A DNA stretch of 64,000 nucleotides, from the NCBI GenBank assembly GCA_002717445.1, contig PBDY01000008.1, positions 21,496 through 85,495 of the forward strand, written 5' to 3'. Both the position numbers and the translations under genes were made by a program. The notes below the pieces were generated by a model. It saw nothing but the letters and a program-made list of their open reading frames with translations. It was not told the DNA's origin and did no database searches. Positions 9,369-18,804 of the stretch are shown in pieces. Source of the DNA: Gammaproteobacteria bacterium. GTDB lineage: Bacteria > Pseudomonadota > Gammaproteobacteria > Steroidobacterales > UBA11654. Each line of letters starts with the position of its first letter. The stretch's first letter is position 1.

Positions 9369-10286
9369 CTAACCATATTCAGCAATTCCAGCTAAGCTCC
9401 TTCTGGGCACTTTATATCCTGTTTCGATTGAACCCATAATCGCGCCGTCACTGATCCTGGTTTTCAGTGCGACTCCGGTGAAAATATTTGCAGTAAAAAT
9501 GTGTTCTTGGTCATGCGATGGAATCAATTGAGCAATTCCCCATCCATGTTCTTCCAAATCTATTGTTTGAATAATGCCACCATCGTCATTGAGAATCTCA
9601 ATGCGATTCCCTCTGGAATGCAGCAACCTTCCATCATTGAGATAATTCACAGCGATTGCAACATTCTGATCCATAAGGTCTCCAGGCAAAACAAGGAGGT
9701 CTTCCATTTGTTCAGATTTCTGGATGTTGAATCGCATAATCTTCTTACCAATTTCAGTTGTGTAAGTAATAAATTCCTCACTGGGATGCATCGTCGAATG
9801 TGTGATGCCCTTAAATTGATGAAATTCTGGTGAGTAGTCAACATCATAAACCTCCAGGAGGTTGAATTGAGGATCATACTTGTAGATGTTTGCATTGCCC
9901 AATAAATCACTTCCGGGCAAGCGTTTCATGTAACTGCCTGGATACGGTGTATTTCCAACCAATGCCTCTCCTAGGTATATATTGCCTTCATGGTCAAATG
10001 TGACGTTAGAAAAAGCGCGATTGGCAAAATGATGATTTGGCAATTGCTTGCCATCGGATGACACTCTAACAACAACATGATTGTGCATATCAAAACCCCA
10101 TAAGACACCGGATGGATCAATGGTGAGTCCAATTACAAGGTGTTCTGTTCCTTCTGTCCACAAGACTCCTTTTAGATTAAAATCCCGATCGTATTGAAGA
10201 ATTCTCCCGTCGCCTTTATGGTCATCAATCTCATCATTGAGTGCGGTGCATCCAAGAAAAACATCTCCGATTTCAAAAGGCTGCAT
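9369..10286 (-). CDS. Hypothetical cytoplasmic protein, probable beta-propeller fold
   Basis: The sequence has a repetitive strand-rich character (e.g. GNIYLGE, GVLWGFD, GRLLHSRGNRIEIL) and no signal peptide. The track ORF extends to 10382. I prefer the internal ATG at 10286 (MQPFEIGD), which has AAGAGAA upstream and frees a divergent promoter region. Start uncertain. Confidence 0.45.
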   Translation of the reverse strand: MQPFEIGDVFLGCTALNDEIDDHKGDGRILQYDRDFNLKGVLWTEGTEHLVIGLTIDPSGVLWGFDMHNHVVVRVSSDGKQLPNHHFANRAFSNVTFDHEGNIYLGEALVGNTPYPGSYMKRLPGSDLLGNANIYKYDPQFNLLEVYDVDYSPEFHQFKGITHSTMHPSEEFITYTTEIGKKIMRFNIQKSEQMEDLLVLPGDLMDQNVAIAVNYLNDGRLLHSRGNRIEILNDDGGIIQTIDLEEHGWGIAQLIPSHDQEHIFTANIFTGVALKTRISDGAIMGSIETGYKVPRRSLAGIAEYG

Positions 10287-10421
10287 GGTGTTCTCTTTTT
10301 TATTTTTGATGTCCATAAACGTTGCTTTATGATGGTAAAGAATTAAATCATTATTTAAAAGATTATTAATCAATTGGTGCATTCGTTGATAAAGATATTT
10401 ATAAAAAGCTTCTTGGGTTTA

Positions 10422-11351
10422 ATGGCAATAGTTGCCTTGACTTTGCTGACCATGATCGCGTTGGATATTCGCTACCCAAGTGAACTTAGCAAAGAAGCAA
10501 TTGAGTCAAAGTATCTGCTTGAGTTTTCGGAATTTAAAAACATTGATGGTGTAAATATTCATTTCACTGATGAAGGAGAAGGTCCGGCTTTATTATTGCT
10601 TCATGCAAACTATGCGAATCTTATCGATTGGGAACCATGGGTAAGACAGCTCAAGAAACATTTCAGGGTCATTAGAATTGATATTCCAGGTCATGGGCTA
10701 ACAGAAGCCGACCCCAAAAATGATTATTCAATGGAAAGAACGGTTTTTTTAATACAAGAATTGTTAGATGAGTTGAAAGTTCAGAAACTAAGTATCGCTG
10801 GTGCTTCTCTTGGGGGAACAATTGGGCTTCATTTCACTCGTCACAATCCTGAAAAAATTGAAAACCTCATTCTTGTCAGCCCAGGGGCTCTAAATCCAAG
10901 GGTCAGAGGAAGAACAAAACCTGTTAAGTTGCCCAAACCATTCGAATTGGTTGCATACATTACACCAAAAACAATAACAGAGGCTTTACTCAAAGGTGGA
11001 TTTGGTGATCCTAACAATATTACAGAAGAACTGGTTACACGATGGCATGACTTACTTATAAGAAAAGGCCAAAGAGATGCTCAAATCGCAAGAGTAAACC
11101 AGTATGTATCTGGAGACATTGATCAAGTCCTTAATGACATCAAATCGCCTGCGCTGATTATGTGGGGCGAAAAAAATAGCGTAGTGCCGGTAGCGCTCGC
11201 TTTTGAAATGAAAAAGATGATGAGTAATTCATCAAACATTGAAATGATCATCTATGAAACCGGAGGTCATCAACTGGTGCAAGAGCTTGGGTTACAAACA
11301 GGAAAAGATGCCTTAAAATACCTTATGAATTTCTACGGAGAAAAAGAATGA
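10422..11351 (+). CDS. Alpha/beta-fold hydrolase with N-terminal membrane anchor
   Basis: Nucleophile elbow AGASLGG and C-terminal GGHQLVQE. The track ORF begins at TTG 10374; ATG 10422 (MAIVALTLLTMIAL) is preferred. Start uncertain. Confidence 0.75.
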   Translation: MAIVALTLLTMIALDIRYPSELSKEAIESKYLLEFSEFKNIDGVNIHFTDEGEGPALLLLHANYANLIDWEPWVRQLKKHFRVIRIDIPGHGLTEADPKNDYSMERTVFLIQELLDELKVQKLSIAGASLGGTIGLHFTRHNPEKIENLILVSPGALNPRVRGRTKPVKLPKPFELVAYITPKTITEALLKGGFGDPNNITEELVTRWHDLLIRKGQRDAQIARVNQYVSGDIDQVLNDIKSPALIMWGEKNSVVPVALAFEMKKMMSNSSNIEMIIYETGGHQLVQELGLQTGKDALKYLMNFYGEKE

Positions 11352-12712
11352 AAAATCTCAAATTCACTTATTTATTTTTCATGCTCATAGCCGCTGATGC
11401 ATTTAGCGAAGAAGCTCAATTCTATGCAATGGGCAAAACGGTTCTTGGTGAAATGGTCGCAATTGAGTCTACGGAAACAGAAGGTATGGCCACGAAAGTG
11501 AGTGAGTATGCAGAAAGTGTATTAATAGGCAATGGTTTTGCCTCAAATGATCTTGAAGTAGCTGGTCCAACGGATCAGTCAAAAGGACTTTATGCAATTT
11601 ACCGAGGTGAATCCTCGAAAGAACCCGTTGTAGTAATGGCTCATGTTGACGTTGTTCCAGCGGTTAAAGGTTCTTGGACCACTGACCCATTTAAAATGAC
11701 TGAGATAGAAGGATTCCTTCATGGCCGAGGCACAAGCGATAATAAAGGTGGCGCAGCGGGGTTGGTAGCCACATTTGTAAAGCTGCGATCAGAAGGGTTT
11801 ATTCCAAAAAATGACATAATCATGCTGCTTACGGGCGATGAAGAAACGGGAATGCAAAGCATTCGTTATTTTAGAGACAATTATAAAAATGTTCAGAATG
11901 CTTCTTTTGCTCTCAACTCAGATGGTGGTTATTTGACAGGAACAATGAAGAATCCTGAATCATTTAGACTCCAATCAGCTGAAAAGGTTTATTTCTCTGT
12001 CACTCTGACAACAAAAAATAAAGGTGGCCACAGTTCTATACCAAGAAGAGACAATGCGATCTATGATCTTGCCGATGCGATTAAAAAGATTCAAGAACAT
12101 GACTTTCCTGTCTCATTAAATGAGACCACCTATGGAACTCTGGAATTTGCCATGAAAAGCGCCAGTGATTCTGATAAATCACAAATACAATCGATCCTAA
12201 ATGGGGAAGAAAAAAAGTATGAGATTCTCGAAACAAACCGTGGAATGAATGCAATTTTGAGAACCACTTGTGTTGCCACAAAACTCAACGGCGGTCATGC
12301 TGAGAATGCTTTGCCTGTGTCCGCTACCGCAACAGTAAATTGTAGGCTTGTTCCTCAGGCTGATTCGGATGAAGTTCTTTCAAAAATAAAAGAGCTCGTG
12401 GGAAATAATGTTGAGGTTATGCCAATAACGGATGTTCGAAAAAGTCCGCCCTCACCCATCACCGCTGAGATTCAGGAATTAATTGCCTCATCGATACACA
12501 CCGTTTTTCCAAATCTACCGGTCGTCCCAACAATGTCGACCGGCGCAACTGATGCCATAGCATTGAGAAGCTCGGGTATCAGTGTTTATGGAACAAGTGC
12601 AATGATGAGTGACCCGACGGGATACAGGGGACATGGATTGGATGAAAGAATTGAGATTTCGGCTTTTAATGCATCTCTTGATTTCTGGTATGCACTTATG
12701 AAACAGTTATAA
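11348..12712 (+). CDS. M20 family metallopeptidase (secreted)
   Basis: Has M20 motifs (AHVDVVP, GTSDNKGG, GDEETG) and a signal-like N-terminus. ATGA overlap with the upstream hydrolase stop. Confidence 0.8.
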   Translation: MKNLKFTYLFFMLIAADAFSEEAQFYAMGKTVLGEMVAIESTETEGMATKVSEYAESVLIGNGFASNDLEVAGPTDQSKGLYAIYRGESSKEPVVVMAHVDVVPAVKGSWTTDPFKMTEIEGFLHGRGTSDNKGGAAGLVATFVKLRSEGFIPKNDIIMLLTGDEETGMQSIRYFRDNYKNVQNASFALNSDGGYLTGTMKNPESFRLQSAEKVYFSVTLTTKNKGGHSSIPRRDNAIYDLADAIKKIQEHDFPVSLNETTYGTLEFAMKSASDSDKSQIQSILNGEEKKYEILETNRGMNAILRTTCVATKLNGGHAENALPVSATATVNCRLVPQADSDEVLSKIKELVGNNVEVMPITDVRKSPPSPITAEIQELIASSIHTVFPNLPVVPTMSTGATDAIALRSSGISVYGTSAMMSDPTGYRGHGLDERIEISAFNASLDFWYALMKQL

Positions 12713-12714
12713 GC

Positions 12715-13377
12715 ATGGAAACAATAAAAATATACAGTTCTGCAAGATGTCCTTATGCTCAAAGAACCCGGATGTTGATGATCGAAAAGGAATTGTCTTT
12801 TGAATTAATAGAAGTTGATTTGAGAAATAAACCTGATTGGTTTCTTTCTATATCACCGTATGGAAAAGTGCCTGTAGTAGTTGATGACGGAGAGACAATC
12901 TATGAATCAGCAATCATCAATGAATATCTTGATGAGAAATACGAAGATATACCGCTGATGCCTAAAGAACCATTTGAGAGAGCAGAAGCAAGGATTTGGA
13001 TGGACTACTGCACTAATAAGTATCTTGTTCTCTCAAGAAAACTGCTTACAGATAATGGCAACGATGAGTTGCAATCCCAAAACAAAGAAAAGCTTAAACA
13101 AGCGATGATATATATGGAGAAAGAATGTTTCGAAAAGAATGAGAGCGGTGCTTTCTGGTTGGGAGAAAATATTTCGTTGGTAGACCTACACTATGCACCT
13201 TTTTTTGAAAGATTTAGTGCCTTCAAAGAACTCTTTGGTGTCGAGTGGCCAGAAGAGTGCTTAAAAATAAAAGGTTGGTGGAAAGAAATGCAAGAGAGGG
13301 ATAGTTATAAAATGACTGTTTTGCCAACTGATCAGCATATTGATCTTTATCAATCAATCATGAGAAACATGTCTTAG
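12715..13377 (+). CDS. Glutathione S-transferase family protein (Cys-type, omega/Grx-like active site)
   Basis: 220 aa with an N-terminal thioredoxin-like CPYAQR motif, VPVV...ESAIINEYL and a C-terminal GST helical domain. Confidence 0.8.
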   Translation: METIKIYSSARCPYAQRTRMLMIEKELSFELIEVDLRNKPDWFLSISPYGKVPVVVDDGETIYESAIINEYLDEKYEDIPLMPKEPFERAEARIWMDYCTNKYLVLSRKLLTDNGNDELQSQNKEKLKQAMIYMEKECFEKNESGAFWLGENISLVDLHYAPFFERFSAFKELFGVEWPEECLKIKGWWKEMQERDSYKMTVLPTDQHIDLYQSIMRNMS

Positions 13378-14573
13378 TCTGATCTCAATGCCTCTATTGG
13401 ATCCATCTCTGAGGCAGATCTTGCAGGTAAAAATCCGGCCAATAGACCAATGAAGAGTGAAATCAATACCGCATAAAGTATATACTCCCATGCAATTGCA
13501 ATTGGCAAATCAGGATATATAAATAGAGCAATATTGATCACCAGAAATCCAGCCAGCAATCCTAAAATTGCTCCAAAGATTGATAGAAATATAGATTCAA
13601 GGAGAAAAACATCTCTGATTCTATTTTGTGATGCGCCAATGGCTCTGAGTATTCCTATCTCTGATTTTCTTTCATTAACCGCGACCGTCATGATTGTAAA
13701 AATACCCACCCCACCGACAAGTAGGGAAATTCCTCCAAAAGCAGCAACAGTAAATTTGAGCCACTTCATAATTTCTCCAAGGGAATCAAGCATGTCTGCT
13801 TGTGTGGTAATCGTAACGTCTTCGCCGCCATGACGACTGATCATCAATCGCTTAACAGAAGCGACCACTTCCTCGGTAGTTGCATCATCATAATGCACTA
13901 CATCAATCTCCTGAAATCCATTCTTGTTAAACATCGTGTTGAACTTAGCAATTGGAATATACACAGCATCATCCAAGTCAAACCCTAGAAAATCCCCTTT
14001 TGGAGGCAAGACTCCAACAATCCTGAAGCGCTGAGAATTAACCCTAATCGCCTTACCTAAAGGATTTTCATTGCCGAATAACTCGTCTCTCATTTTTGGG
14101 CCAAGAACAACGAATGACCTTGGTGTCTTAGCATTGTCTTTAGGAAGATACTGGCCAAGCATGGTATCTGCACCAACTATTTTGTCATAATCGGCTCCCG
14201 TTCCGACAACAAGTGATCTTCTTAACCTTGTGTCATTCTCAATCTCTCCATTGGCACCTGACACTGGGACTGAATACTCAACAAGTGGTAATTTTTCAAT
14301 TGCTTCAGCATCTCCAAAAGACAGGGGTCTCATTGTTCCATGGATGCCCATTGGGGCTCCTAGTGTCTGTGTTTTTCCCGGTTGAACTGCAATAATATTG
14401 CTTCCAAACTGAGTAAATTGTCCAACGATAAAATCCTGTAGACCTTGGCCCATGCTGGTTAAGAAAATTACGCATAACACTCCGACTCCAATGCCAAGGG
14501 CAGTCAAGAAGCTTCTCATCTTCTGAGAGACAATCGAGAAAGAAGAGAATAGAAAAATGTCTTTAAACTTCAT
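13374..14573 (-). CDS. ABC transporter permease, FtsX/MacB type (paralogue 2)
   Basis: 399 aa. Architecture is TM1, a large periplasmic domain and a C-terminal three-TM FtsX bundle (SEIGILRAIGAS motif). Confidence 0.8.
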   Translation of the reverse strand: MKFKDIFLFSSFSIVSQKMRSFLTALGIGVGVLCVIFLTSMGQGLQDFIVGQFTQFGSNIIAVQPGKTQTLGAPMGIHGTMRPLSFGDAEAIEKLPLVEYSVPVSGANGEIENDTRLRRSLVVGTGADYDKIVGADTMLGQYLPKDNAKTPRSFVVLGPKMRDELFGNENPLGKAIRVNSQRFRIVGVLPPKGDFLGFDLDDAVYIPIAKFNTMFNKNGFQEIDVVHYDDATTEEVVASVKRLMISRHGGEDVTITTQADMLDSLGEIMKWLKFTVAAFGGISLLVGGVGIFTIMTVAVNERKSEIGILRAIGASQNRIRDVFLLESIFLSIFGAILGLLAGFLVINIALFIYPDLPIAIAWEYILYAVLISLFIGLLAGFLPARSASEMDPIEALRSD

Positions 14574-14575
14574 AA

Positions 14576-15790
14576 CTACTTATTCCCACTCAAGGCCTCA
14601 ACTGGATCAAGTCTTGCTGCTCTTCTTGCTGGAAGCAAACCAAACATAACGCCAGATATTAGCGCAACAAACAGTGAAACATATGATGCCCACATTGGTG
14701 GCAAGAAATTAAATGTTGGAAATGATATCTTCAAAATATACGTAATGGTATGGCCAAAAATAAGGCCCATAATTGCCCCTGAGCCTGATAACATGATTGC
14801 TTCAACGACAAAGAGGTTGTTGATTTGTTTATTCTTTGCTCCGATCGCTTTCAATAAACCTATCTCGGCTTGACGTTGCGAAACTGCCACCAACATAACG
14901 TTCATAATCAATATTCCTGCTACAAATAGACTTATTGAGGCAATTGAGCCGAGTGCCATAGTTAAAACATTAAAGATATTATCAAACGACTGCAAAACAG
15001 TGTCTTGCTTAATAACGGTAATGTCCTCTTTGTCTTGATGCCTTCTTTTAATAATTGATAGGATGCTTTGTCTTGTTTGATCCATTCTGCTTGAGTTTTC
15101 AACATCTACAATGATCCTAAAAAGTGAGTCGCGATTAAATAATGCCGTGCCCAAGGCAACTGGTATGATCACAATTTTTTGAACATCAATTCCCACAGCC
15201 CTTCCCTCTTCAGCAATGACTCCTGCCACACGGCAACGTCGATCACCCAATCTCATCCATTCTCCAAGGGCACTGTCATCACCAAATAGTTCTTCTTTAA
15301 TCTCTTTACCAATTGCACAGACAGGCGGTGAATATCTCATGCTAACCCCTGGTAAGAAGCTGCCTGATTCCATTTCCCACTGACGAATACTTAAAAATTC
15401 TGGAGTTGTGCCAATGATTGGAGCAGATCGTTCGAGACCATCATATTCTGCTGGTGCCTCACCCATAACAACAGGTGCGATACGCCTAATATCATCGATT
15501 TGAGACAAGCTCTGTGCATCTTCAATGGTGAGTGGCCTGGGAGAAAGTCCTGCCAAGTCGATCGGGCCTCCTCCGCCAGAAGTTTCATTTCGCCCTGGAA
15601 TTACAATTAGAAGATTTGTTCCAAGACTCCTAAACTCCCCAGTTATATAGTCTCTTGCACCCTCGCCTACTGCTGTAAGCAAAATCACAGCCATCACCCC
15701 GATAGAAGTTGCAATCAGCAGCATAATTGTCCTAAGAGGATATCGAATGAGAGTGGTGTAAGAGAAAAAAAGAATGTCTTTAAGGCGCAT
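14576..15790 (-). CDS. ABC transporter permease, FtsX/MacB type (paralogue 1)
   Basis: 404 aa with the same architecture as its neighbour (AEIGLLKAIGAK motif). It lies 2 nt from the downstream paralogue. Confidence 0.8.
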   Translation of the reverse strand: MRLKDILFFSYTTLIRYPLRTIMLLIATSIGVMAVILLTAVGEGARDYITGEFRSLGTNLLIVIPGRNETSGGGGPIDLAGLSPRPLTIEDAQSLSQIDDIRRIAPVVMGEAPAEYDGLERSAPIIGTTPEFLSIRQWEMESGSFLPGVSMRYSPPVCAIGKEIKEELFGDDSALGEWMRLGDRRCRVAGVIAEEGRAVGIDVQKIVIIPVALGTALFNRDSLFRIIVDVENSSRMDQTRQSILSIIKRRHQDKEDITVIKQDTVLQSFDNIFNVLTMALGSIASISLFVAGILIMNVMLVAVSQRQAEIGLLKAIGAKNKQINNLFVVEAIMLSGSGAIMGLIFGHTITYILKISFPTFNFLPPMWASYVSLFVALISGVMFGLLPARRAARLDPVEALSGNK

Positions 15791-15792
15791 GA

Positions 15793-16470
15793 TTAATTGT
15801 TGCTCTGATCATTAATAATTTTGCCATCCCTTAGCTCAATCAAACGATTTGATCTATCACCCATTTCCCTATCATGAGTGACCATAATCAGGGTAAGGCC
15901 AGATAAGTTAAGCTCTTCAATTAATTTTACAACCTCTTTGCCTGAAGTTGTGTCCAGATTTCCTGTTGGCTCGTCTGCAAGAAGCACATCCGGCTCCATT
16001 ACAATGGATCTTGCTATGGCAGCTCTTTGTCTTTGCCCTCCAGAAAGTTGTTCTGGCTTATGATCAGATCGATCCGTTAAACCCACTTTCTCAAGCGCAG
16101 AACTGGCTTTCATCTTCCGTTCTGTTGGGTTGATGCCTGAAAGAATCATTGGCATTTCCACATTCTCAAATGCAGTCAGTCTAGGTATGAGATGGAAGGA
16201 CTGAAAAATAAAACCAATCTTTGTGGATCTGATTCCAGCCATTTCGTCATCATCCATTTTCGAAGTATTGATGCCCGATAAAATATAATCTCCGGATGTT
16301 GGAGTATCTAAAAGGCCAAGAATGTTAAGAAGGGTTGATTTACCTGATCCTGAAACACCCATTATTGAGATATATTCGTTCTCCTTAATCTCAAGATCCA
16401 CTTCATCAAGGGCATGAACAACTTGATTCCCAACTTGGAACTCTCTAGACAGTTTCTCGAGACGTATCAT
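15793..16470 (-). CDS. ABC transporter ATP-binding protein (MacB/LolD-like)
   Basis: Walker A GVSGSGKST, signature LSGGQRQR, Walker B LLADEPT and H-loop VTHD. Confidence 0.9.
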   Translation of the reverse strand: MIRLEKLSREFQVGNQVVHALDEVDLEIKENEYISIMGVSGSGKSTLLNILGLLDTPTSGDYILSGINTSKMDDDEMAGIRSTKIGFIFQSFHLIPRLTAFENVEMPMILSGINPTERKMKASSALEKVGLTDRSDHKPEQLSGGQRQRAAIARSIVMEPDVLLADEPTGNLDTTSGKEVVKLIEELNLSGLTLIMVTHDREMGDRSNRLIELRDGKIINDQSNN

Positions 16471-16479
16471 GATGCGAAT

Positions 16480-17619
16480 TTATTCCACAGTAATGTCGAT
16501 GTTAGCAGACTCTTCTTCTTTATCCTCAGTGGACTTATCAACTTCAACTGTTGCGCCGTCTTTAACCCCTGCTCTATCCACAGATAAAACAATCCTATCT
16601 TCAAGCTCTATTCCGCTAAGAATTTCTGTAAACTGCCAATTGGATAAGCCTGTTTCGATCTGTCTTTTTTCGATAATATTGTCATCTCCGATGACATAAA
16701 CATTGTCTCCTCTCATAATTGCTTGGGTTGGAAGCCCTAGTGTCTCCTCACTGGTATCAATGACGACTGTTACATCGGCACTATAACCTGGGAGCAAATA
16801 GTTCTGAGGATCATCAAATAATGCTTCAATCTCAACTGTTCTTGCTTGTCTTTCCAAATCTAAAACATAGGGAGCGACACGACTTACTGTTGCTGGAAAT
16901 TCTTTTTCGCCAAAGGCATCCATGGTGATCTTTGCTGTCATGCCCGACCTTACATCGGGGGCGTCTATCTCGTCGATTGGTGCCTTGATGTATAGGCAGG
17001 TATTATCAATAAGGTCTAAAGTAGGTTTTGTGGCAACTCCCACTGGAGAAGGCGTAACATACTCACCAAGCTTTCCTTCGATTTCAGCAACGATGCCGTC
17101 AAATGGGGCTATCAACATGGTCCTCTCGAGCGAGGCTTTTGTGACTTCAACCTGAGCCCTTGCTGCACTGCATGCGGCCATAGTTGATTCAGCATTGGCA
17201 ACAGCTGCCTCTTTGGCTTCCTCAGAGGTCAAACCTTTTGCATATAGTTCGTTTGCTCTGCTTGCATCTCTTTGGGCTTTTCTAGAAACGACACATGCTT
17301 GATCAGCAGACCTTTCAGATGCAGTGACTCTTGCCTTGGTTTCTTTATTCCAAAGCTCTAATAAAACATCTCCTTTGCTGACTGAATCGCCCTCATTTAC
17401 ATGCAATACTGATATCTGCCCAGCCGCAGCAGGGGACATTTTAGATCGTCTGCATGCATCAATGGTTCCTGCACGCGTATTGGAAACGGTTTTTTCAACA
17501 TTTCGAATCTCGGGTTTCACCGATAAAACTTTTATTGGCTTTTCCTCATCTCCAAATAGAAATGAAAACAGAATTATTACTGCAATAATCGCGCCGATGA
17601 TTTTTTTATTTCTTGTCAT
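16480..17619 (-). CDS. HlyD/MFP-family periplasmic adaptor
   Basis: 379 aa with an N-terminal anchor, a lipoyl-like hairpin (GQISVLHVNEGDSVSKGDVLLEL), a coiled-coil segment and a beta-barrel domain. First gene of the four-gene exporter operon. Confidence 0.8.
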   Translation of the reverse strand: MTRNKKIIGAIIAVIILFSFLFGDEEKPIKVLSVKPEIRNVEKTVSNTRAGTIDACRRSKMSPAAAGQISVLHVNEGDSVSKGDVLLELWNKETKARVTASERSADQACVVSRKAQRDASRANELYAKGLTSEEAKEAAVANAESTMAACSAARAQVEVTKASLERTMLIAPFDGIVAEIEGKLGEYVTPSPVGVATKPTLDLIDNTCLYIKAPIDEIDAPDVRSGMTAKITMDAFGEKEFPATVSRVAPYVLDLERQARTVEIEALFDDPQNYLLPGYSADVTVVIDTSEETLGLPTQAIMRGDNVYVIGDDNIIEKRQIETGLSNWQFTEILSGIELEDRIVLSVDRAGVKDGATVEVDKSTEDKEEESANIDITVE

Positions 17620-17791
17620 TTTTTACCCAACCTAACTTTGCATCATCATTGTATAGAGTTCACTTTGAAAAAGCATTGTAAGATACAATTTGTAACAGTG
17701 TCATGCGAAGCAGAGAAACCTCACGTTTTCTTCACATTTAATAGTTTTGAAAGATAATATTCTTTGTACATTAGCAATAAGATTTAGAATA

Positions 17792-18160
17792 ATGAAAGTA
17801 GCTAGTTTATTTTTTACATTAATAATTCTCACAGGTTGTGTATCAACACTTTCTGACCCTATATTTTCCGGCTCAAAGCCCATCATTGATAAAAAGGGTG
17901 TCGACCTAAATGCTTATGAAGTAGATCTTGAGGAATGCACAGAATATGCAAATGAGATCTCTGTAGGTCAAAGTATCTTAAAGGGTTCTGCTGCAGGTGC
18001 TGCCATTGGGGGAGCGATAGAGGTACTAACCGATAAAGAAGATGCTATAGAACTGGGAACAATATCTGGAGGTGCTAAATCAGGAATCACATCCGTGAGA
18101 CAAAAAGAACGAATTGTCAAAAAATGCCTCCGTGGTCGAGGTTATAAGATTCTCAACTAA
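17792..18160 (+). CDS. Small lipoprotein with glycine-zipper segment
   Basis: The internal ATG at 17792 gives MKVASLFFTLIILTGCVS, which has an LTGC lipobox. A glycine-zipper-like GSAAGAAIGGAI follows. The track ORF starts at 17747. Confidence 0.55.
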   Translation: MKVASLFFTLIILTGCVSTLSDPIFSGSKPIIDKKGVDLNAYEVDLEECTEYANEISVGQSILKGSAAGAAIGGAIEVLTDKEDAIELGTISGGAKSGITSVRQKERIVKKCLRGRGYKILN

Positions 18161-18730
18161 TTATCCTGGGCTGCATTTAATGCCTGTTCCACCCAAGCCA
18201 CAATAACCGCTGGGATTCTTTGCTAAGTATTGCTGATGATAGTCTTCTGCAAAAAAAAACTCTTCTGGAGCTTTGATCTCTGTAACAATTTTTCCATAAC
18301 CGGCTTTTTCTAATTCTGATTGGTATTGGTCTCGAGAAGATTCGATTTTTTGACGTGTCTTATCATCATAAAAAATGATTGAGCGATACTGAGTGCCTAT
18401 ATCATTTCCTTGTCTCATGTATTGAGTTGGATCATGTCCTTCCCAAAAAATTGCCAAGAGAGCGCTCAAATTGATTATTTCAGTGTCATAGATGACAAGA
18501 ACCACTTCTGAATGGCCAGTAGTCCCAGAACAAACTTCTTTGTATGTCGGATCGGTTGTTTTTCCAGCTGAATAACCAACGCTTGTTGAGTAAACCCCTT
18601 CAAGTTGCCAAAACATTCGCTCTGCTCCCCAGAAACAGCCCATCCCCACAATCAGTCTCTCATGATTATCTGGGTATGGAGGTTTGACTTTATTGCCATT
18701 GACGAAGTGATTTTCAGCAATTTTCAACAT
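18161..18730 (-). CDS. msrA: Peptide-methionine (S)-S-oxide reductase
   Basis: 189 aa with the GMGCFWGAE active-site motif and HDPTQ, YRS and DYHQQY blocks. Its stop abuts the convergent lipoprotein stop with no spacer. Confidence 0.95.
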   Translation of the reverse strand: MLKIAENHFVNGNKVKPPYPDNHERLIVGMGCFWGAERMFWQLEGVYSTSVGYSAGKTTDPTYKEVCSGTTGHSEVVLVIYDTEIINLSALLAIFWEGHDPTQYMRQGNDIGTQYRSIIFYDDKTRQKIESSRDQYQSELEKAGYGKIVTEIKAPEEFFFAEDYHQQYLAKNPSGYCGLGGTGIKCSPG

Positions 18731-18804
18731 TAAGAAATCCGCCCTTTATATTAAACGAGAATAATTATGTTAAATTAATATTAAATAAAATATTCGTATA
18801 AAAA

